Below are positions 47,501-55,297 of a stretch of DNA of 64,000 nucleotides, piece by piece. The position numbers were made by a program, and so were the translations under genes. Numbering within the stretch: position 1 is the stretch's first letter; every line of letters starts with the position of its first letter. This DNA is from Rhynchopus sp. YZ270_cl-10. Lineage: Eukaryota. The notes beneath the pieces were generated by a model that worked only from the letters and a program-made list of their open reading frames with translations, searched no databases and was not told the DNA's origin. The stretch covers positions 1,736,001-1,800,000 of the forward strand of contig OZ037843.1 of NCBI GenBank assembly GCA_964035575.1, read 5' to 3'.

Positions 47501-48150
47501 CGACTTTTTTTGGTAACATTGTATGGCATAAATTATTCTACATAATGTGTGATGCTCGAATAAAAACTTACGACCCCATAATGTACTCGGAACTCACCCA
47601 TGTAATTGTTGAGAAAAAAAAACTTTCCGAAAAAATGAAATTTCAACCCGAATATGCACATTTGGGTCATTTTACGGCTATGTAGGTCATTTTGTGTGTG
47701 TTTTTCGATTATATAGGTGATTAGGATATGTGTGATGCTCAGATTAAATCGTAAGACCCCGCAATTGACTCAAATGTGCCCAAAAACCCTATATACCCAA
47801 GATTATTAACTTTTACAGCATATTGGACATCCTTAGGTATGGTTATAAGCCATGATACGGCTATTGCTGGAAAAATAACCGTAAATTGTGGTTGGTATTG
47901 ATTTCAGAAATTATGTGATGCTTAGATCATGCCATAGACGCTTTTAATGGATTCATATGAGCTCATACTACCCATATACCCCTTCAGAAGCCCCTTTTGA
48001 CTCTTATGAATATCCTTATATAGGCTTCCACTTGTGCAGAACCTTCTCAGTGTACAAGATGTTAGGTACAAAAAAACCATCATATTTTTTACACTACTGG
48101 CATGCTTCCCAGGACACGTCTGTACTCAGAACGTTGTAGAGAAAAAAGGC

Positions 48151-48264
48151 AACCAACGATTTCTAAAGCTACAGTTTCTGTACTTCATTGGTATGGAAGC
48201 ATGAAGATAAAATTCTTCTCACACAACTTTGTCAAAACATGGCCAGTTTCGAAAGAGACTGGCC
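48151..48264 (+). ncRNA. SL RNA: Spliced-leader RNA copy 1 (40-nt exon 48151-48190)
   Basis: AACCAACGATTTCTAAAGCTACAGTTTCTGTACTTCATTG|GTATG, AACTTTG Sm-like site, 3' hairpin, T6. Confidence 0.96.
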
Positions 48265-48588
48265 TTTTTTACGTTAGCATCACCTTCTGCAAACCCCAAA
48301 AAACACACATGATTCCCATCACACACAAGTGCTTGCTGCAACCCATTTGTATATTGCCTGCAAAACCATGTGTGCAACCATTTGTGGCACTGGTACCACA
48401 TATACCCCTTCAGAAACCACTGTTGACTCTTATGAATATACTTGTGTAAGCCTCTCACCTAAGCATATTCTGTGCAGACCCTTCCCAGTGACCAATAGGT
48501 TAGGTACGAAAAAGCGACCATATTTAGGACACTGGAAGAAGGCTTACCAGTTCACGTTGGAGCTTAGAACATTGTAGAGAAAAAAGGC

Positions 48589-48700
48589 AACCAACGATTT
48601 CTAAAGCTACAGTTTCTGTACTTCATTGGTATGGAAGCATGAAGATTACTCTTCTCACACAACTTTGTCAAAACATGGCCAGCCTCGAAAGAGACTGGCC
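48589..48700 (+). ncRNA. SL RNA: Spliced-leader RNA copy 2
   Basis: Same exon and layout. Confidence 0.96.
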
Positions 48701-49020
48701 TTTTTTACGTTAGCACGATTGTCTTTGTGCACAAGAAGCAAACCCAAAAACACACCCAATTCACACCTGACCTAATGCACAAGTGCTTACTGCACCCCAT
48801 TTTTATATCGCCTGCAAAACCATATTTGTGACACTTGTTCCCCTTCAGAAGCCACTGTTGACTCTGTCGAATATCCTTCTGTAGGATCACACTTAAGGAT
48901 ATTTTTATGTAGAACCTTCACAGTGACCGTGTTAGGTACGAAAAAGCAACCGTATTATAGACATTGGCAGAAGGCTTCCCAGAACAAGTGGGTACCTAGA
49001 ACATTGTAGAGAAAAAGGGC

Positions 49021-49132
49021 AACCAACGATTTCTAAAGCTACAGTTTCTGTACTTCATTGGTATGGAAGCATGAAGATTATATTCTTCACACAACTTTGT
49101 CAAAACATGGCCAGTTTCGAAAGAGACTGGCC
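49021..49132 (+). ncRNA. SL RNA: Spliced-leader RNA copy 3
   Basis: Same exon and layout. Confidence 0.96.
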
Positions 49133-49439
49133 TTTTTTACGTTAACATCACCTTGTGCAAACCCCAAAAACACACATGATTCCCATGTTCTTCGAATATT
49201 TTGGTGATTAGGATATGTGTAATGCTCAGATTAAATTGTACGACCACGCAATTGACTCAAATGAGCCCAAATATCCCGTATTCCCAAGATTTTTGGACTT
49301 TCGAGCACATTGGGCATCCTTAGGTATGTTTATAAGCCACTCTACGGCTATGTTAGAAAAAAAACCCACCATAATAATGATACATATGGCATGATTCCCA
49401 GAACATGTTGGCACTTAGAACATTGTAGAGAAAAAGGGC

Positions 49440-49551
49440 AACCAACGATTTCTAAAGCTACAGTTTCTGTACTTCATTGGTATGGAAGCATGAAGATTAT
49501 TCTTCTCACACAACTTTGTCAAAACATGGCCAGTTTCGAAAGAGACTGGCC
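49440..49551 (+). ncRNA. SL RNA: Spliced-leader RNA copy 4
   Basis: Same exon and layout. Confidence 0.96.
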
Positions 49552-49635
49552 TTTTTTACGTTAACACGATCGTCTTGTGCACAAGAAGCAAAAAAACCCA
49601 CACAACAACAGCAGAAGTTTAGAACCACATTCAGA

Positions 49636-49671
49636 CCCTGACCCAACTCCAACAAGGGGCCCCTGTCTTGT
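49636..49671 (+). promoter_or_regulatory. Conserved upstream element of U6
   Basis: CCCTGACCCAACTCCAACAAGGGGCCCCTGTCTTGT, 23-nt spacer before U6 +1. Confidence 0.75.
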
Positions 49672-49694
49672 CAACCACCTTGTGCATATATACT

Positions 49695-49803
49695 GGACCC
49701 CAGAAATGGGACATCCGTTAAAATTGGATCGATACAGAGAAGATTAGCATGGTCCCTGCGCAAGGATGACACGCATTAATCGAGAAAGTATCAACTTTTT
49801 TTT
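49695..49803 (+). ncRNA. U6: U6 snRNA
   Basis: ATACAGAGAAGATTAGCATGG.CCCTGCGCAAGGATGACACGCA; U tail. Confidence 0.97.
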
Positions 49804-50018
49804 TGTCCCCCGGATCACACGTATTTTTTACACTGGTGTCTTCTTCATGCTTCCCAGACCAACACATATGTGCAGACATGCCCATCACCCACAGGTGGCA
49901 AGTGGCAGGCTGCAGTAACCCATTGAAATATTGGTTTCAAAAAACGACCATATGGTTTATGCTACTGGCATGCTTCCCTGAGCATATACATGTCGAAAGC
50001 TGTGTAGAGAAAAAGAGC

Positions 50019-50130
50019 AACCAACGATTTCTAAAGCTACAGTTTCTGTACTTCATTGGTATGGAAGCATGAAGATTATTCTTCTCACACCACTTTGTCA
50101 AAACATGGCCAGTTTCGAAAGAGACTGGCC
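50019..50130 (+). ncRNA. SL RNA: Spliced-leader RNA copy 5
   Basis: Same exon; Sm-like site variant CACTTTG. Confidence 0.95.
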
Positions 50131-50228
50131 TTTTTTACGTTACCACGCTTGTCTTTGTGTGTCTTTGTGCAAAGCAAAAAAAAAAAGAACACACACAAGA
50201 AGTGGGGATCTTCAAAACCACGTTTTTG

Positions 50229-50264
50229 ACCTGACCCACCTCCAACTAGACAACCCTGTCTTGT
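50229..50264 (+). promoter_or_regulatory. Conserved upstream element of 7SL
   Basis: CCTGACCCACCTCCAACTAGACAACCCTGTCTTGT. Confidence 0.75.
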
Positions 50265-50287
50265 ATTCCGACAATATGGTATCTATT

Positions 50288-50604
50288 GAGCCGGGATGTG
50301 TTGGCTGCATCCTGAAACCCCTAGCTTCTGGGGGGGCAAGCTTCTCCAGAACTGGGCACTCTTTGAGGTGGACCAAAGGCACCTTCAACTTCTGTGTTGA
50401 TGTGTTGTCCGTGTTAGTCTACTGTCCTGTTTGCGGCCTTGGTGTAAACCAGGGCAACAATCAGAGTGAAATGGGGTGAACCGGGCCAGGCTGGTCTCAC
50501 AGAGCAGCTCATAACTCCTGCAGTGGACAGTTCAAGGATCGCAGCACAGAGCAGAGTGAGGGTGTTTCCAACTCAATGGCTTGAACTGGAGAAGCGTTTC
50601 TTTT
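50288..50604 (+). ncRNA. 7SL: Signal recognition particle (7SL) RNA
   Basis: Alu-like GCCGGGATGTG..GCATCCTGAAA; helix 8 GAACCGGGCCAGGCTG-loop-CAGAGCAGCTCATAACTCC; T6. Confidence 0.9.
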
Positions 50605-50776
50605 TTACATTTTTCCATGTGAGCAGAATTGTTTCCACATCACCATGCACATGTGTTGTTGATACACCCCACCACGTTGCCCAGACCATTCCTACCCACA
50701 TTATTCACCACATTATTCAACAGTGACATGCTTACCAGTACATGTTGGTGCTCAGAACATTGTAGAGAAAAAAGGC

Positions 50777-50888
50777 AACCAACGATTTCTAAAGCTACAG
50801 TTTCTGTACTTCATTGGTATGGAAGCATGAAGATTACTTCTTCTCACACAACTTTGTCAAACATGGCCAGTTTCGAAAGAGACTGGCC
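50777..50888 (+). ncRNA. SL RNA: Spliced-leader RNA copy 6
   Basis: Same exon and layout. Confidence 0.96.
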
Positions 50889-50962
50889 TTTTTTACGTTA
50901 CCACAAGAAAAATCATCCACACATACAGTTCATGTACAAAGTGTACACAACCATGTGTGTCC

Positions 50963-50998
50963 CCCTGACCCACCTCCAACAAGACAACCCTGTCTTGT
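50963..50998 (+). promoter_or_regulatory. Conserved upstream element of the vault-like RNA
   Basis: CCCTGACCCACCTCCAACAAGACAACCCTGTCTTGT. Confidence 0.75.
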
Positions 50999-51021
50999 TT
51001 TCCCATACTCTCCATACGTTT

Positions 51022-51345
51022 GGGTGCTAAGTTAGTGTGCTACTTCGAAACCAAACAACTCGTTCAGCAACAGCTAAAACTTGAAAAGACCTTTCTCTAT
51101 CAGAAAATTCTTTACAATTTTTATGATGTGTCCTGCTGTTGGGCCTGATATGGCGCAAGGCGGAACTACTTTCATATGATGTAAATCCCGTACGTTCGTA
51201 CAGAATATTACCCATGATGATTATTCTTACATTAGCGTGTAACACTAATTCTGACTGCGTTCTATTTCACACTTCAAATATTAGAACTGGATGTGGGGCT
51301 GCCAGTTTACTGGTGGTCCCGATCCAGCACACAACGCAAGCACCC
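51022..51345 (+). ncRNA. ~324-nt panhandle RNA, vault-RNA-like (paralog B)
   Basis: Same promoter spacing as U6/7SL, terminal stems, GCTACTTCG and GGTCCCGATCC motifs, T6. Confidence 0.7.
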
Positions 51346-51401
51346 TTTTTTATATTTTCCCACCCAGCACCCCCTGTGTATGTGTTGTTGCCTAAAAAAG
51401 C

Positions 51402-51528
51402 ATCACCTTTTACAGGCTTCCTTGCAGGGAGTATTCGGTCAAGTGATAGTGATAAAGAATGACAGGGGCGAGTTTTCTCGTGAAATGCTTTGAAGCCTCT
51501 GACATTGAGAGGCTCGCTCCGACCTCTG
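51402..51528 (+). ncRNA. Unidentified snRNA-type gene candidate
   Basis: TTTCCC at -46, AAAAAAGC|A start, hairpins, CTGTTTTT end as in U5. Confidence 0.45.
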
Positions 51529-51625
51529 TTTTTAATAACCCGGAATCACAGCGGTAACCACTGTGTATGTATGGTATGTATGGTATGTTGCCTTTGTGTG
51601 TGTTTGTTTTTGTTTTGTTAAAAAA

Positions 51626-51815
51626 GAGGGTATGCCACTCCTGGATGTTGTGCAGCTCCAGGGCAACATGTGTGAACGGACCAGGTTGCCCTGGCGACCC
51701 GTCACCCCAATGAGAAATTGCGTTAATATCATCAGTGCACAAGGCACTGTATCAGATATTAAGCTGATAAGAACAGATAATACACTTGATCTTAGCCAAA
51801 AGGCCGAGAAGGTAT
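51626..51815 (-). ncRNA. U2: U2 snRNA
   Basis: ATACCTTCTCGGCCTTTTGGCTAAGATCAAGTGTATTATCTGTTCTTATCAG..; TGCAC loop IV. Confidence 0.97.
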
Positions 51816-51957
51816 GACCTCTTTTTAGTCCATACCAAATTCGACACACATGTATAGGGAAGAATGGTGGTGATCAATCTTACTAGGAAACAACAAGGCA
51901 AGCAGATCACACCCATGTCACAGGGAACATGGTGATGATAAATCTTATTAGTAAAAA

Positions 51958-52102
51958 CAAGGCCGCCGAAGCAGCTACACAAATTGCCAATGTGGCAACG
52001 CCGAAGCGGCCCATGGCGGGAATTGGGTAGTTTTCAACCAGCAATCTCTCCACAGCGTCCCTATTTGGTCATTGCTTATGGAATTATCCCGAGCGCAAGA
52101 AT
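51958..52102 (-). ncRNA. U4: U4 snRNA
   Basis: ATTCTTGCGC complementary to U6 GCGCAAGGAT; TGCTGGTTGAAAACT stem I; Sm site AATTTGTG plus terminal hairpin. Confidence 0.9.
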
Positions 52103-52263
52103 ACCTCCTTTTCTCCCAGTCCTGTCACAAAGCTATGTCAACAGGGAAGTGTGTTGGGGTGGTAACATAAAGACACCACGTAAAGCTAACACACCAAAAC
52201 TACCACTACCAATGTGCCTCCCTGTAGACATCTGTGCAGCCGATAGGTGGAACAAACAAGGGC

Positions 52264-52474
52264 AAGACTGTACTCTACACAGGATCTGTTTTTGAGTGCA
52301 TTCGTGTTGAAGATTGTTTTCTTCGGCACAAGACCAAAGCTGGATGATGACATAGGTTGGGCATGTGCAGCATGAGCACTTGCGATGATTGTCACATACT
52401 TCTTGTATTGTTTTGTCTCTCCCCTGTATGGCGCAGGGAAGAGTACCAGGCACAGCCCTTCCACTTACAGCTTG
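52264..52474 (+). ncRNA. U3: U3 snoRNA (euglenozoan type; box D degenerate)
   Basis: AAGACTGTACTCTACACAGGATC 5' end, GGATGATGA box C', AAGCTG/CAGCTT terminal stem, T5. Confidence 0.75.
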
Positions 52475-52618
52475 TTTTTAAGAAAAACCCTAAAAAAGGC
52501 TTCACATGACTTTTTTCACCTTCAAAGACATCTTGATCGATAGTTACCTCACTATCCTCGCTATCAACACGCTTCCACGTGTAGCAAAGTGCATACAGCA
52601 ATAGAACAAAACAGAGCC

Positions 52619-52733
52619 ATATCACGGTTCTTGCCCATATCGAACTCATCTTTCGCCTTTTACTAAAGATGACCGTGGGTAAGAGCCACTAAGTGAAAGC
52701 ATAATTTTTGAAGGGGCCTTTGTGTCTCATCTG
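52619..52733 (+). ncRNA. U5: U5 snRNA
   Basis: CATCTTT-CGCCTTTTACT-AAAGATG loop I; CCG internal loop; Sm site AATTTTTG. Confidence 0.93.
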
Positions 52734-52809
52734 TTTTTAAGTCTTGACAACCACTATGCTTCCCTGCTGGTGTTGGAGTTTTGCATGTTGTTAAACTCAG
52801 CTAGAGGTT

Positions 52810-52895
52810 ACATACCTACTGGTGGCACTAGCTTCGGCTGGCTTGCACAGTGAAATTTTTGACAGCGGCGGTGCTGTGCTTTGCACAAACCCGCC
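52810..52895 (+). ncRNA. Short Sm-site RNA (minimal U1-like or SmY-like)
   Basis: ATGCTTCCC upstream; ACATACCT; UUCG hairpin; AAATTTTTGA; 3' hairpin; T5. Confidence 0.65.
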
Positions 52896-53180
52896 TTTTT
52901 AAACAAACAAACCAAAACAAACGTGATCACACAAACCATCATGTTACCCAGTAAACCCAGTAAACCCAGCACACTGGTCTGGAGGGATCGACCACTGAGT
53001 GGTGACCTGTGAGCACACAGGCACCTGCTCCGATGCAGTAGTGCAGCGCACTAAGTGCTGTGCTAAGGACTGGCCAAACTTGTTAAACCTGCTGACCCAC
53101 AAACCGGTTTTCACAACCGAAGCAAAAACAAGCTCAGAAATAAAAAGCTCTTCAAAGGTTTTCGAACCTGACTCAGTATT

Positions 53181-53300
53181 GGATTCGGCCATACTCTGGT
53201 GAATACACCTCATCCCGCCTGATTTGAGAAGTTAAGCACCAGCAGGCCTGGATAGTACTGGCGTGGGTGACCAGCTGGGAAGTCCGGGTGCTTGAATCCT
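53181..53300 (+). rRNA. 5S rRNA: 5S rRNA
   Basis: Near-identical to the other copies. Confidence 0.96.
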
Positions 53301-53345
53301 TTTTGCTTTTCTTCCGTGTTGGTGTGTGGTTTTAGGACATCCAGA

Positions 53346-53381
53346 CCCTGACCCACCTCCAACAAGACAACCCTGTCTTGT
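53346..53381 (+). promoter_or_regulatory. Conserved upstream element; downstream RNA unidentified
   Basis: Identical to 50963-50998. Confidence 0.75.
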
Positions 53382-53620
53382 ATCCCTGTGTTTGTTGCAC
53401 TATCCAGAGAGCAGAAATGAGGGGAGACTACACCACCGACGGTGCTTCAGCCTACAGGAGCATGCTGGAATGTGAATGCTGCATGACAGCATTCACAATT
53501 TCACCTTTGGTGAGATGGAGATGAGCGCAAAGGTGCAAAAATGCACAACAAAAACTGAGGAAGAGGCATCCATACTCCCCAGAAGGGACGTGCGCACCTG
53601 CAGCCAAAAATTCTCCTGTG

Positions 53621-53885
53621 CTTAATATCATGCGCGCTGGGGATGCCGAAATAGCTAAACTGTTGCAAGAAGTGGGACTAATTCCCAGGCAGTTGCCCTG
53701 TACAACATGCAAGTCCACAATGCCAGAAACACTGTACTGGACACCAAGATACTCCAAGAAGATCGCAAACTGGCCTTATTTTAGGTGAAATGACCTAATG
53801 CAGAGTGCAGCGGAACAGGGGAGACAAATAAAGTTTCCTGTACCATGCAACACCCAAGACACTTTTGCACAAGTGAAGCAAAAAC
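53621..53885 (+). pseudogene. Possible Merlin/IS1595-type transposase N-terminal zinc-ribbon fragment
   Basis: IAKLLQEVGLIPRQLPCTTCKSTM...PYFR* with TGA where Cys is expected; cut off by 8-mer array. Confidence 0.35.
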
Positions 53886-53989
53886 AAACCCGCAAACCCG
53901 CAAACCCGCAAACCCGCAAACCCGTAAACCCGCAAACCCGCAAACCCGCAAACCCGCAAACCCGCAAACCCGCAAACCCGCAAACCCGC
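53886..53989. repeat. (AAACCCGC)n array, ~13 copies
   Basis: Tandem array. Confidence 0.97.
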
Positions 53990-54200
53990 ACAAGAAGAAA
54001 GCTCGCTAAAATGTAGGAGGCTGGTGTGGTTGTGAACAGAACTTATTTTTTATTGTCTGAAGGTTTTGCATTTTTACAAATGTGAATGCCGAAAAAATTG
54101 AATAGAAAAATGAATTAAACTTGGCTCACCCCTCATTTCTCTTTTCATAGCACTTTTGTACTCACACACCAAAAACAGGTGAACTATTTCTCAAAAAACT

Positions 54201-54765
54201 ATGAACACCATGAAGATTAAGCGGAAGCCAGTGCCCTTTGTGCAGAAGAAAGATGCACCAAGCATGTTGGCGGTGTTCAATGTGCAGGATCAAGCTCCTC
54301 ATGAGAATGAGGAATTGCCACCAATTCCAGTGTGCTCCCAGAAGAAGGAGACAGTACTAACGAAGGTACAGGAGCAAGGCGTTAAAACAGAGGAGCAAAC
54401 TCAGAAGGACTCTGTGCTTCCGTCAGAACAGGCCGCAGCATTGGAAATTCCTGTTTCTGCAGAAAGCTTTTCCTCAGTGACTGAAGAGCTGAAAGAGGTG
54501 AAACAGACTGTCTCAGATCTCAAGAAACAGCTGAACGAAGTGTTCCTTCTGTGTCAGGACATGAAAAAGGTATGTATCAACTTTTCAAGTATCACTTTCA
54601 ACAACTCAAACTCAACAGGAGCTAGACAGAAAGAGAAAGCGCGAAGCAGCAGAAGACGAAAAAATAGCAAAGACGTGTTATGCTCACGAATGCTCTAGTA
54701 CTTGGAGGGGAAGGGAATTTCAACACAAAGGTGCTCTTTTCCAGCACAATAAAGCACATCATTAG
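54201..54765 (+). CDS. 171-aa coiled-coil/C2H2-like protein, copy 1 (intron 54570-54618)
   Basis: AAG|GTATGT..AACAG|GAG splice restores ELDRKRKR..CYAHEC..HNKAHH*. Confidence 0.7.
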
Positions 54766-55297
54766 AGAATAATTTTTTTTTTTTCGTTTGGGGGTATTTC
54801 TTATCGCAGAGAATGTGCAAATTACTTCTTCCTGCGCAAAAATATGGGTTCCCCTTTTTTTAATGCACATGCAGATTGGTTTTAATTTTTGTCAAAATTT
54901 TCAAGATCATTTTTTAATTATTTTTTTTTGAAAACTTAGTTGTGAGACTTTTTTATTTTCCTTCTTGAAAACTCAAAACTTTCTCCCACCCACCATTTTA
55001 TATTTTCTACAATACAATTTCTAGCAATTTATCACAACTATTCAAAACTAACATAACAGTGGTCTGGGTACTTTACTTTTTGCAAAAAAAAAAATGAAAA
55101 GACAACGAAAGCGAGGAAAGATCTGATGATGGGCACACTAATAAGAAGGCTAATACAAAGACAACATAAGCTGAAGAGGGAAACACTTCCCCAAAACGAA
55201 AGAGAGTTTAATGAGAATTAATATTTCTATTCACATTGTTTCCCAGATTCCTTCTTTCTTCACATACATTAGCATAGGAACACATGGCATAAATAAT

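Noticed and set aside
44560..47560. GGGCCC-rich palindromic stretches and short ORFs
   Set aside because: Look like degenerate repeat DNA; no boundaries or coding signal could be defined
48151..50888. Repeat-spacer pattern resembling a CRISPR array
   Set aside because: Repeats are SL RNA genes; eukaryotic context, no cas genes
51022..51345. Telomerase RNA or RNase MRP/P identity
   Set aside because: No CCCUAA-type template and no convincing P4 (CR-I/CR-V) pairing seen; C/D-like motifs not conserved between paralogs
51430..51530. Y-RNA-like GGUC.GAG/CUUGACC helix on the minus strand
   Set aside because: Bulged base is G rather than C, no outer stem, no adjacent terminator; promoter evidence favours the plus strand
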